A stretch of 47,042 bases of DNA, from NCBI GenBank assembly GCA_031369785.1, contig JANMPI010000510.1, positions 1-47,042 of the forward strand, given 5' to 3'. Positions 9,492-18,169 of the stretch are shown piece by piece. A program made the translations under genes and the position numbers. The DNA is from Acidobacteriota bacterium (lineage in GTDB: Bacteria > Acidobacteriota > Vicinamibacteria > Fen-336). The notes below the pieces were generated by a model. It was not told the origin of the DNA. It worked only from the letters and a program-made list of their open reading frames with translations, and did no database searches. How positions within the stretch are numbered: position 1 is the stretch's first letter; every line of letters begins with the position of its first letter.

Positions 9492-9496
9492 GCCTC

Positions 9497-12046
9497 GTGC
9501 CGGCCGCGCCGGCGGTGCTCTGCGCGCTTCTGCTCTTCCTCGTCCCCGGTCTCGTGTGGCTCGCGCTCCTGCGCGTCGGGGATCGCGCGGCGCTGGGGTG
9601 GGACGAGGCGGCCTTCCTGGTCGCCGCCATCGGCGTCGCCGTCACGGCGTGGGTGGGCCTCGTGCTCGCCGAGGCCGGGCAGTTCTCGCTCGTCACCGCC
9701 GCGATGGTGATCGCCCTGGCCGGCCTGGGCGCGCTCCTGGCCGGACGGCAGCGCGCCACTCTTCCGTGGCGCGGGCTGTCCAGGGCGCCGCACGCCTGGG
9801 GGACGCTGGCCGTCCTCGTCCTCGCCTTTGCCGTCGATGCGCGGCCGGGGGAGTACCTCCTCGGCGGCCGTGATCCCGGCATCTACATCGCGGCCATGGC
9901 GCGCATCGCGCGCACCGGCGCCATCGCGGCCGTCGACCGGACGGTGCTCTCGATTCCGCCGGAAGACCTCGAGCTCTTCTACCGGCACCCCGGCGGCCCC
10001 GAGTACACCTGGGGCCGCTTCATGGGCTTTCCGCTGGAGCGGCCGCAGACCGGCCGCGTCGTCCCCGAGTTCTTCCACTTGTTCCCGGCCTTTGGCGCGT
10101 TCCTGTTCCAGGCCATGGGCGTGCGCGGCGCGCTGGCGTCGCCGGTCGTCTTCGGGGTGATGGGCACGCTGGCCGCCCTCTTCGCGCTGCGCCGGATCTT
10201 CGGGCCGGCGGCGGGGCTGCTCGGCGCGCTCCTGCTGTGCCTGAACGTGCTCCAGGCGTGGTTCGCGCGCTACCCGGTGTCGGAGCCGATGACGCAGTTC
10301 CTCGTTCTGTCCGGCCTCTTCGCTTTTGCGCTCTGGGAAGAGCGGCGCTCCCCGGCCCTGGCGGCGATTGCCGGAGCATTCCTCGGGCTGACGCTCCTCG
10401 CCCGCATCGACAGCGTGCTCCTCGTGGTTCCGCTCCTGGCCTGGCTCGTGCTGCGGCGCGCACAGGGCGCTTTGGGAGCGCGCGAGACGTATCCCCTCCT
10501 GCTCCCGGTCGCGCTTCTCGCCTTCCACGCCTTCCTCCACGCCGGGTTCTGGTCGCGGAAATACCTGCTGGAGATCGCCACCCGTCCGTACTGGAGGCAG
10601 CCGGCCCTGGTCTGGCTCCTCGGCGCGGCGGCCGCGATCGGCTTGATCCTCGCCGTCCATCGCCTGGCGCCCCGGCTCCGCGCGCGGCTCGGACCTCGCG
10701 CGTCGGCCCTGCGCGCGGGCATTTCCGCGCTCGCCGTCGTGCTCGCGCTCTACGCCTACGCGGTGCGCCCCGCGCTCTCGGCGTGGGCGGGCGCGGACGG
10801 GAACGATCCGGCGCGCGCCCTGGCGGCGGCCCCGATGCTCCACGCCCTCGGCTTCCACAAGCTGGCCGCGCACGACGCGCAATCGCTCGTCCGCCTCGGG
10901 TGGTTCGTGACTCCCCTCGGGCTCGCCCTCGGCCTCCTCGGGATCGTGATCGCGCTCCGCGAGTGGCGTCCGCGGTACCTCTTCCCGCTGCTGACTCTCG
11001 CCACCTTCTCGCTTTTCTACTTCTACAAGATCCGCGTCTACGCCGACTACTACTTCGCCATGCGCCGCTTCGTGCCCGTGATCCTGCCCCTGGTCATCGG
11101 GCTCGCCGCCTTCGCCATCACCCGGATCGCCAGGCGCCCCGGCGTGCCGCGGGTAGTGGCCGCGGGGATGGCCGCCGTGGTCGCCGTCGTGTACGCGCAG
11201 GACATGCTGCCGACGCTGCGCCATCGGGAGTGGGCGGGCGCGGTGCGCTTCGTCGACGACGTGGCGCGGCGCTTCGGGCCGCGGGACGTCGTGATCTTCG
11301 AGCAGCCGCGCTCCATCCACCTCCTGTCCCTGCCCCTGTGGGCGATCCACGGCGTGAACGCGCTCGAGCTCGCCCGCTTCAACCCCGATCCCGACCGCCT
11401 GCAGCACCTGGTGCGGGCGTGGCGCGGCCGCTACCGGAACATCTACTTCGTGCACACGTACAGCACCGATCTCTGCGGGCTCTTCCTGGAGAGCGTCGAG
11501 GAGCGCTCGTTCGGCGCCTTCGAGTGGGAGCGCGCCTATGGGCGCGCGCCCCGGGGGCGGGAATTCAAGTCGCTGCGATTCACGATCTCGCGCGTCGTGC
11601 TGCCCGAGGAGCTGCACGTGCCGGCGCTCCCCGAGGTGGACGTGGGCGGCTCGGACGACGTTCAAGTGTCCGGCTTCTACGGCAAGGAGGGGGCCGGAGA
11701 TCACACGTACCGATGGACGGGATCGTGCGCTTCCATCTACGTCCCCGGAGCGCGGGCCGGGGAGACGCTCTCCATCGTGGCCTCCGCGGGACGAAGGCCG
11801 GCGGCGTCGCCCGCCGTCGTCCGCGTGAGCCTGGGCGGAGCGAAGCTCGGCACGTTCACCGCCGGAGCGGACTGGGAGGCACACGCGCTCCGCGTGCCGT
11901 CCACGTTCGTCGATGCGCTGCCCGTGCTCCGCCTCGACGTCGCGGGCTGGCGTCCCGCCAACACCGAGAAGGGGTCGAGCGACGTGCGCGACCTCGGGGT
12001 CATGATCGACCGCGTGCGGATGGCCCCCGCGGACGCCATACAATGA
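9497..12046 (+). CDS. Polytopic membrane protein, PMT/ArnT-like (GT-C fold) glycosyltransferase candidate with soluble C-terminal module
   Basis: The in-frame GTG at 9497 is the first start after the aminotransferase stop. The upstream 8273-9496 part of the listed 1257-aa ORF is an R/P/G-rich alternative frame of the two preceding genes. There are many TM segments, then a roughly 140-aa C-terminal non-membrane domain (HTYRWTGSCASIYVP...DVRDLGVMIDRVRM). Confidence 0.55.
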   Translation: MPAAPAVLCALLLFLVPGLVWLALLRVGDRAALGWDEAAFLVAAIGVAVTAWVGLVLAEAGQFSLVTAAMVIALAGLGALLAGRQRATLPWRGLSRAPHAWGTLAVLVLAFAVDARPGEYLLGGRDPGIYIAAMARIARTGAIAAVDRTVLSIPPEDLELFYRHPGGPEYTWGRFMGFPLERPQTGRVVPEFFHLFPAFGAFLFQAMGVRGALASPVVFGVMGTLAALFALRRIFGPAAGLLGALLLCLNVLQAWFARYPVSEPMTQFLVLSGLFAFALWEERRSPALAAIAGAFLGLTLLARIDSVLLVVPLLAWLVLRRAQGALGARETYPLLLPVALLAFHAFLHAGFWSRKYLLEIATRPYWRQPALVWLLGAAAAIGLILAVHRLAPRLRARLGPRASALRAGISALAVVLALYAYAVRPALSAWAGADGNDPARALAAAPMLHALGFHKLAAHDAQSLVRLGWFVTPLGLALGLLGIVIALREWRPRYLFPLLTLATFSLFYFYKIRVYADYYFAMRRFVPVILPLVIGLAAFAITRIARRPGVPRVVAAGMAAVVAVVYAQDMLPTLRHREWAGAVRFVDDVARRFGPRDVVIFEQPRSIHLLSLPLWAIHGVNALELARFNPDPDRLQHLVRAWRGRYRNIYFVHTYSTDLCGLFLESVEERSFGAFEWERAYGRAPRGREFKSLRFTISRVVLPEELHVPALPEVDVGGSDDVQVSGFYGKEGAGDHTYRWTGSCASIYVPGARAGETLSIVASAGRRPAASPAVVRVSLGGAKLGTFTAGADWEAHALRVPSTFVDALPVLRLDVAGWRPANTEKGSSDVRDLGVMIDRVRMAPADAIQ

Positions 12047-12804
12047 CGGGCTTGAAGCGCACCCTCGTGGTCGTGCCCACCTACAACGAGCGGGAGAACG
12101 TGGTGCCGCTGATCGCGGAGCTGCTCGCCCTCGGCCCGCACATCGACGTCTGCGTGGCCGACGACGGCAGCCCCGACGGCACCGGCGACGCGGTGCGCGC
12201 GGAGATGGCGCGCCATCCCGGCCGGGTGTCGCTCCTCGACCGCAAGGAGAAGGGCGGCCGCGGGGCGGCGGTGCTGGCCGCGTTCAAGCAGGCGCTCGCG
12301 GATTCGAAGGCCTACGAGTACGTGTTCGAGATGGACGCCGACTTTTCCCATCACCCGCGGGAGATCCCGAAGTTCCTGGCCCGGCTCGAGACCCACGACA
12401 TGGTGATCGGCTCGCGCTACATCGAGGGCGGCGGGACGTCCGAATGGGGCGTGTCGCGGCCGCTCCTGTCCTGGCTGGCCAACAAATACATCAAGCTCGT
12501 GGCCGGCATCCCCGTGCGCGACACCACGAGCGGCTATCGCGGGTACCGCCGCGAGGTGCTGGAGGCGACCGACTTCGACCGCATCAGGATCGAGGGCTTC
12601 GCCGTGCACGGCGAGATGGCGTACCAGGCCTGGGTCAACGGCTTCCGCCTGGGCGAGGTGCCGATCCACTTCAAGAACCGCGCGCGGGACGCGTCGAAGC
12701 TTTCCGGCCGCGAGATCTACATGGCCGTCCTCAACTTTGCCCTCCTCCGCGTCCGGTACGGCTTCCGCCCGCGCCGGAAGCAGGAGGCGACCCCGGGCCC
12801 GTGA
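12043..12804 (+). CDS. Polyprenol-phosphate mannose/glucose synthase-like GT2 (Ppm1/DPM1 type, soluble)
   Basis: LVVVPTYNERENV, VADDGSPDGT, EMDADFSHHP, GSRYIEGGG and RDTTSGYRGYRREVL are typical of the DPM1/Ppm1 family. The ATG at 12043 overlaps the upstream TGA (ATGA). Confidence 0.8.
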   Translation: MTGLKRTLVVVPTYNERENVVPLIAELLALGPHIDVCVADDGSPDGTGDAVRAEMARHPGRVSLLDRKEKGGRGAAVLAAFKQALADSKAYEYVFEMDADFSHHPREIPKFLARLETHDMVIGSRYIEGGGTSEWGVSRPLLSWLANKYIKLVAGIPVRDTTSGYRGYRREVLEATDFDRIRIEGFAVHGEMAYQAWVNGFRLGEVPIHFKNRARDASKLSGREIYMAVLNFALLRVRYGFRPRRKQEATPGP

Positions 12805-14006
12805 ACGTGCTCATGGTGACGTCCTCGTACCCGAGGTTTCCCGGGGACGTGGTGGCGCCCTTCATCGAGTCCATCGCGCGCGGGGTCGCCGCCCGCGGCC
12901 ATCGCGTCGACGTGGTGCTCCCCCACCATCCGGAGCTGCGCCGTCCGCCGGGCGAGCCGGTGTCCTTCTTTCCTTATCGTTACGCGCCCGAGCGGTGGAG
13001 CCGCTGGGGCTACGCGCAGAGCCTGCGCAAGGACGTGAGCGTGCGCGCGGGCGCGTTCCTGCTCGCGCCGCTGGTCGCTCTCGCCTTGCGGCGGACGGTG
13101 ACGGAGCGGCTGCGCGCCCTTCGTTACGACGTCGTGCACGCGCACTGGGTGGTGCCGAACGCGGCCCTCATCGCCGGCCTCGTGCGGCGTCACCACGTGC
13201 CGCTGGTGGTGAGCCTCCACGGCAGCGACGTGTTCGTGGCGGAGACGCTCCTGCCCGCGCGCGCCCTCGCCCGGCGCGCGCTCGGCGACGCGGGAGCGGT
13301 CACGGCGTGCAGCGCCGATCTCCACCGGCGTGCGCTGCGGCTCGGCGCCCGGCCGGAGCGTACGCGGACGGTGCCCTACGGTGTCGACGCGATGGATCAA
13401 GGCGACGTCGACATCGCCGGCGTCCGCGCGGAGCTCGGCGGGCACGCGGGGACGACGCTCGTGGTGGGCCTCGGCCGGCTCGTGGAGAAGAAGGGGTTCG
13501 CGCACCTCATCGATGCCGCGGCGCGCGTCCCCGGCCTGCGGGTGGCCCTGGCCGGGGACGGCGACCTGCGCGGCGAGCTGGAGGCGCAGGTCCGGGCCAC
13601 CGGCGCGCCGGTCGTCCTCGTCGGCGCCCTCAACCGGACGGCGGTTTTGGCCGCGCTCGCCGCCGCAGACATCGTGGTGGTGCCGTCCGTCATCGATCGC
13701 GCGGGCAACGTCGACGGCCTGCCCAACGTGCTGCTGGAGGCGATGGCGGCCGGCCGCGCGGTGATCGCGTCGCGCGTGGCGGGGATCCCGGACGTCGTCA
13801 CCGACGGCGTCGACGGCGTGCTGGTGGCGCCCGGCGACGTCGCCGCCCTGGCCGAAGCACTCGCGCGTCTCGCCGGCGACCCGGCGCTCCGCGCCCGGCT
13901 GGGCGCGGCGGCGCGGGACACGGTGACCGAGCGGCTCAGCTGGCCGCGGGCGGCGCGCACCTTCGAGGAGACCTATGCCGCCGCGGCGGCGGTTTTCGCC
14001 CGCTAG
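12801..14006 (+). CDS. GT4 (GT-B fold) glycosyltransferase
   Basis: VNVLMVTSSYPRFPGDVV N-terminus and the C-terminal EX7E-type motif GLPNVLLEAMAAGRAVIASRVAGIPDVV. GTGA overlap at 12801. Confidence 0.85.
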   Translation: MNVLMVTSSYPRFPGDVVAPFIESIARGVAARGHRVDVVLPHHPELRRPPGEPVSFFPYRYAPERWSRWGYAQSLRKDVSVRAGAFLLAPLVALALRRTVTERLRALRYDVVHAHWVVPNAALIAGLVRRHHVPLVVSLHGSDVFVAETLLPARALARRALGDAGAVTACSADLHRRALRLGARPERTRTVPYGVDAMDQGDVDIAGVRAELGGHAGTTLVVGLGRLVEKKGFAHLIDAAARVPGLRVALAGDGDLRGELEAQVRATGAPVVLVGALNRTAVLAALAAADIVVVPSVIDRAGNVDGLPNVLLEAMAAGRAVIASRVAGIPDVVTDGVDGVLVAPGDVAALAEALARLAGDPALRARLGAAARDTVTERLSWPRAARTFEETYAAAAAVFAR

Positions 14007-15177
14007 GGGAACGGCGCTCCGGGTGCAGGACCCGGTGGAGCGGATGCTCGCGGCCGCCCTCGACTTCCCCGGGCGCGCGCGGGTGCCGGCCCTCGCCGGT
14101 TCGGTCGATCTCGCCCGGGTGCGCCACGTGCTCGTCCTCCGCCTCGACCGCATCGGCGACGTGCTGATGTCCCTGCCCGCGCTGGCCGATCTCCGCCGCG
14201 CGCTGCCTTCCGCCCGGATCACGCTCGCCGTCGGGCGCTGGAGCGAAGAGGTCGCGCACATGGCGCCGGTGGACGAGGTCGTCCCCTGGAGCGCGCCCTG
14301 GGCGGGCCGCCGCGGCGAGGGTGCGGAAGGGCGATGGGCATTGACGCGCCGCGCGCGCGCGCTGGCCGCGCACCCGCCGGACGTCGCCATCGACCTCCAG
14401 GGGGACGTTCGCGCCGCCTTCCTGATGCGCCTCACCGGCGCGCGGGCGCGGGTCGGCTATGCGAACACCGGCGGCGGATCGTGGCTCACCCACGTCGTGG
14501 CCCTCGACGAGACCGTCTCCTGGGTCGAGCAGAACCGCCGGGCCGTGGAGATCGTCGCCGGTCCGCGCGACCCATCGCCCACGCGCGCCCACGTCGCCGC
14601 CGATCCGGATTGGGCGGCCGCGCTCCTCGAGCGCGAGGGTCTCGGCGGGCAACGCCCCCTGATCGCCATCCATCCCAGCGGCGGGCGGATGATCAAGCAG
14701 TGGCCCGTGGAGCGCTGGCGTGAGGTTGCGCGACGCCTGCAGGACGCGCGGGGAGCGACCATCGCGGTCACGGGCGGGGCCGGCGACGTTGGACTCGCGC
14801 ACGCTCTGGGCGAAGGGTTGTCGCGTCCCGTCATCGATCTCGCCGGACGGCTCTCGGTGGCGGAGACCATGGCGGTGATCGGCGGCGCGGATCTCTTCCT
14901 GTCTCCCGATACGGGGCCGATGCACATGGCGTGCGTGATGGGCACGCCGTCGGTCGCCGTATTCGGCCCCTCGGCGGCGGAGCGGTACGCGTCGGCCGCG
15001 CTCTCCCCGCATCCCGAGAAGCACGTCGTGGTCCGCCGCGAGCTGTGGTGCGCGCCGTGCAATCTCATCCGCCGCCCGCCGGAGGAATGCGTGGCCGACG
15101 TCACCCCGGAGTGCCTGCGGCTCGTGACCGTCGACGACGTTTACCAGGCCGCGGCGGCGCTTTTGGGCCCGCGTTGA
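13975..15177 (+). CDS. GT9-family glycosyltransferase (heptosyltransferase-like)
   Basis: VLVLRLDRIGDVLMSLPAL, IAIHPSGG..KQWP.ERW and DTGPMHMACVMGTPSVAVFGPS are classic GT9 blocks. The start is uncertain. ATG 13975 overlaps the upstream gene by 32 nt, and GTG 14023 or ATG 14044 are alternatives. Confidence 0.75.
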   Translation: MPPRRRFSPARGTALRVQDPVERMLAAALDFPGRARVPALAGSVDLARVRHVLVLRLDRIGDVLMSLPALADLRRALPSARITLAVGRWSEEVAHMAPVDEVVPWSAPWAGRRGEGAEGRWALTRRARALAAHPPDVAIDLQGDVRAAFLMRLTGARARVGYANTGGGSWLTHVVALDETVSWVEQNRRAVEIVAGPRDPSPTRAHVAADPDWAAALLEREGLGGQRPLIAIHPSGGRMIKQWPVERWREVARRLQDARGATIAVTGGAGDVGLAHALGEGLSRPVIDLAGRLSVAETMAVIGGADLFLSPDTGPMHMACVMGTPSVAVFGPSAAERYASAALSPHPEKHVVVRRELWCAPCNLIRRPPEECVADVTPECLRLVTVDDVYQAAAALLGPR

Positions 15178-17117
15178 AAGCGCTGGTGCTGTGGGGCGAT
15201 GGCGGCGTCGAGTCCGCGCGGGCGCGGCACGACGATGGCGCCCTCCTTCTTCTCTGGGACGGCGAGCGCTCGGCGGCTCTCGATGCGGCGGGCGTCCCGT
15301 ATCGATCCGCGGCGAGCCTCACCGCCGGCGCGCAGGACGCCATCGACGAAGCCGCGATGGCCTGGACGAAGGAGTGGGGACGCCGCGCGCTGCTCGACGG
15401 CAAGAGCTTCCGCGCGCTGTTCGCGTGGAAGGGCGTCTCGCTCTGGTGGTTCGCCGAGCTCTATCTCCATCACTCCACCGACGCCCCGCGGCACGTCCGC
15501 GTCATCGAGTCCGTGCACCGCATCCTCGACGCCGAGACACCGGACGAAGTGGAGACGGTCGGCCTCTCCCCGGAGGACACGCTGCTCGTCGAGCGAACCT
15601 GCACCGCCCGCGGCGTCCTCTTCCAGGGCCCGCGGCGCCTCACCGGATCTCCCGCCGGGCGCAAGGTCGCGAGCGTCGTGCGGCGCAGCCGGTGGAACGC
15701 GGCCAAGGCGCTGCTGACCGCGGCCAAGGCCCGCCTCGCCGGCCCTCCGCAAGCACCGCCGGAGAGCGCGCAACCGACCGTCCTCTTCCTGTCCCACGCC
15801 GCCTTCTGGCGCGCGCGCGATGAAGAACGGGAGGAGTACGAGCACTACTTCGACCGCGTGATCCCCGCCGCCGCCGAGCAGGGCTTGCGGGCGTTCGTGG
15901 TCGCGGTGGGCCCGCGGTCGGCCTTCCGCCGGCGCGGCCGGCGCGAGCAGGTGGCGGAGTGGCTGCGCCTGTCCTCGAGCGACGAGCCGTACGTCCACGT
16001 CAACCGCTACAGCGACGCCCGCGTCCATCGCGAGGTGCGCCGCGCGACGACGATGATCCACGACGGCTGGCAGCGCCTGCGGCGGTCGCCGGCCCTCGTC
16101 GAGGCCTTCTCCCATCGCGGCGTCGCCTTCGCCGATCTCGCGGAGGCCGATCTCGCGTCGACCATGCTTTTGCAGCTGCCGTGGGCGGTGCGCTGCTACG
16201 AGGAGATGGCGGCGGTGCTCCTGTCGGTGCGGCCGGCGGTCGTCTGCCTGTACGCGGAGTCGAGCGGATGGGGGCGGGCGGCGGTCGCGGCCTGCCGCGC
16301 CGCCGGCGTGCCGACGGTCGCCATCCAGCACGGGATCGTCTACCCGAAGTACTACTCGCACCGGCACGCGCCGGACGAAGGTGACACGCCGGTGCCCGAC
16401 GCGACCGCGCTTTTCGGCGCCTCCGCGCGGCGGCTGCTCGTCCACCTCGGCCACCCGCGGCCGGAGTCGCTCGTCCTCACCGGCAGCCCGCGCTTCGACG
16501 AGCTCCTCGAGCGTGCGCGGTCCGGCGACCGCGACGCGCTCCGCCGATCGATGGGCGCCGCGGAAGGGCAACCGCTGGTCGCGGTGGCGAGCCGCTTCCG
16601 GGCCATCCGCGACACCCATTCCGCCATCGGCACCGCGTTCCCGTCCCTGGTCGCCGCGATCCGCGCCCTCGGCGTGCGCGCGGTGGTGAAGCCGCATCCC
16701 GCGGAGTCCCACGGCGAGTACCTGGCCGCCATCGGCCTTTCCGATCCCGCGATCGCGGTGCTGTCGCCGTCCGCCGATCTCCTCGACCTGCTGATCGCGG
16801 CCGACGCGCTCGTAACCGTGGAATCGCTCTCCGCGGTGGAGGCCCTCGTCGTCGGCCGCCCGGTGGTGATCCTCAACATGCCCACGCACCTGGGCGCGCT
16901 GGTGGACGCCGGGGTGGCGTTGGGCGTCGACGCCGGGGCCGATCCCACGGACGTCCTTCGCCGCGCGCTCCTCGACCCCGAGACGCGCAACGCGCTGCAG
17001 CACGCGCGCACCCTGTACCTCGACGAGCTGGCGCTGGGCGTCGACGGGCTTGCCACCCGGCGCATCGTCGACCTGCTGCGCCAGACCGCATCCGCGTCGT
17101 TTCCGGCCATTTCGTAG
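15174..17117 (+). CDS. Unassigned 647-aa protein, C-terminal half GT-B-like (TagF/KpsS-like KPHP motif); candidate glycan/nonulosonate transferase
   Basis: The TTG at 15174 overlaps the upstream TGA (TTGA). The region has coding-type third-position bias. Motifs: VPTVAIQHGIVYP, LTGSPRFDEL, VVKPHPAES, ADALVTVESLSAVEALVVGRPVV. The function is inferred only from context, directly upstream of the NeuB genes. Confidence 0.45.
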   Translation: MKALVLWGDGGVESARARHDDGALLLLWDGERSAALDAAGVPYRSAASLTAGAQDAIDEAAMAWTKEWGRRALLDGKSFRALFAWKGVSLWWFAELYLHHSTDAPRHVRVIESVHRILDAETPDEVETVGLSPEDTLLVERTCTARGVLFQGPRRLTGSPAGRKVASVVRRSRWNAAKALLTAAKARLAGPPQAPPESAQPTVLFLSHAAFWRARDEEREEYEHYFDRVIPAAAEQGLRAFVVAVGPRSAFRRRGRREQVAEWLRLSSSDEPYVHVNRYSDARVHREVRRATTMIHDGWQRLRRSPALVEAFSHRGVAFADLAEADLASTMLLQLPWAVRCYEEMAAVLLSVRPAVVCLYAESSGWGRAAVAACRAAGVPTVAIQHGIVYPKYYSHRHAPDEGDTPVPDATALFGASARRLLVHLGHPRPESLVLTGSPRFDELLERARSGDRDALRRSMGAAEGQPLVAVASRFRAIRDTHSAIGTAFPSLVAAIRALGVRAVVKPHPAESHGEYLAAIGLSDPAIAVLSPSADLLDLLIAADALVTVESLSAVEALVVGRPVVILNMPTHLGALVDAGVALGVDAGADPTDVLRRALLDPETRNALQHARTLYLDELALGVDGLATRRIVDLLRQTASASFPAIS

Positions 17118-17137
17118 GGGCGTGGTAGGTTTACCCC

Positions 17138-18169
17138 GTGCGACCGACGACGTTCACGCTCGGAACCCGGCAGGTCGGCGAGGGACAGCCGTGCTTCGTC
17201 CTGGCCGAGGTCGCGTCCGCCCACGGCGGGTCCGCGGACGTGGCCCTCCGGATGCTGGAGTCGGCGTTCAAGATGGGCGCCGACGGCATCAAGTTCCAGC
17301 TCTTTCGCGCCGACCTCCTGGTGGTCGCGCGGCACCCCGGGCGCAAGGACTTCGACCAGATCGAGCTCGGAGCGAAGGACTGGCAGAGGGTCTTGCGCGC
17401 GGCCAAGGCGTCCGGGCTGACCGTGCTCGCTGAGGCCTTCGATCCGCCCTCCCTCCGCCTCGCGGAAGAGGAAGGCGTCGACGGCTACAAGATCCACTCC
17501 ACGGACATGGAGAACCCGGAGTTCATCAAGGCGGTAGGGACCGTGCGGCGGCCCGTCTTCTTCGCCACCGGCGGCGTTCCCGAAGACGCGGTGCGCGAGG
17601 CCCTCGACCTCGTGGGCAACGCGCCGGTCGGACTGCTGCACGGGTTCCAGACCTTCCCCACTCCGATCGAGGAGATCCGGTTCCGCGAGCTCTCGGCCTG
17701 GAAGGAGCGCTACCGCGTGCCGGTCGGGTTCCTCGATCACACCGACGGCGGAAGTGCCTTCGCGCTGGCCGCTCCCGCCCTCGCCGTGGGCTACGGCGCG
17801 GACCTCGTCGAGAAGCACTTCACGCTCGACCGCAGCGAGAAGGGGTTCGACTACCAGTCGTCGCTCAACCCCGAGGACTTCTACCGCATGGTCGAGCTGC
17901 TGCGCCAGGCCGAGCGCGCGGCGGGGGACGGGCCGGCGGCGGAGAGCGAGGGCGCGAAGCGGTACCACCGCGTGATGGCGCGGTCGATCGTGGCCGGCAA
18001 GCTGATCCCGCGCGGCGAGGTGCTGACCCTCGAGATGCTGGCCTTCAAGCGCACCGACATCCGCTTCGATCCGGGCTTTCCGCCGCGAAATGCGGACCGC
18101 GTCATCGGCCGCCGCGCCGCCCGCCCCATCCAGGCCGACGAGACGATCCGCGAGGACATGCTCCAGTGA
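17138..18169 (+). CDS. NeuB/SpsE-family nonulosonic (sialic-acid-like) acid synthase paralog 1, with C-terminal SAF domain
   Basis: PCFVLAEVASAHGGS..A..M...A...GADGIKFQLF, GYKIHSTDM and VGFLDHTDGGS (metal His context). The C-terminal SAF-like segment is RSIVAGKLIPRGEVLTLEML. GTG start at 17138. Confidence 0.8.
   Translation: MRPTTFTLGTRQVGEGQPCFVLAEVASAHGGSADVALRMLESAFKMGADGIKFQLFRADLLVVARHPGRKDFDQIELGAKDWQRVLRAAKASGLTVLAEAFDPPSLRLAEEEGVDGYKIHSTDMENPEFIKAVGTVRRPVFFATGGVPEDAVREALDLVGNAPVGLLHGFQTFPTPIEEIRFRELSAWKERYRVPVGFLDHTDGGSAFALAAPALAVGYGADLVEKHFTLDRSEKGFDYQSSLNPEDFYRMVELLRQAERAAGDGPAAESEGAKRYHRVMARSIVAGKLIPRGEVLTLEMLAFKRTDIRFDPGFPPRNADRVIGRRAARPIQADETIREDMLQ

Noticed and set aside
8273-9496. 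N-terminal 408 codons of the listed 1257-aa ORF (8273-12046). Analogous 5' extensions occur in ORFs 1041, 2053, 10237, 12444, 14931, 18090, 44648 and 45184.
   Set aside because: These segments lie in alternative frames of upstream genes that have strong motifs, and they encode R/P/G-rich junk. In each case, real coding signal (hydrophobic helices or family motifs) begins at an internal ATG, GTG or TTG that overlaps or directly follows the upstream stop.
9416-12043. 875-aa minus-strand ORF, along with the similar long minus ORFs 1600-3270, 3942-5393, 12717-14435, 15141-17003, 16352-17968, 34967-36718, 37539-38918, 41421-43265 and 44774-46012
   Set aside because: All are antisense to plus-strand genes that have clear family motifs. 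The products are dominated by R, G, E, H, P and A runs. They are shadow ORFs caused by the rarity of stop codons in GC-rich antisense frames.
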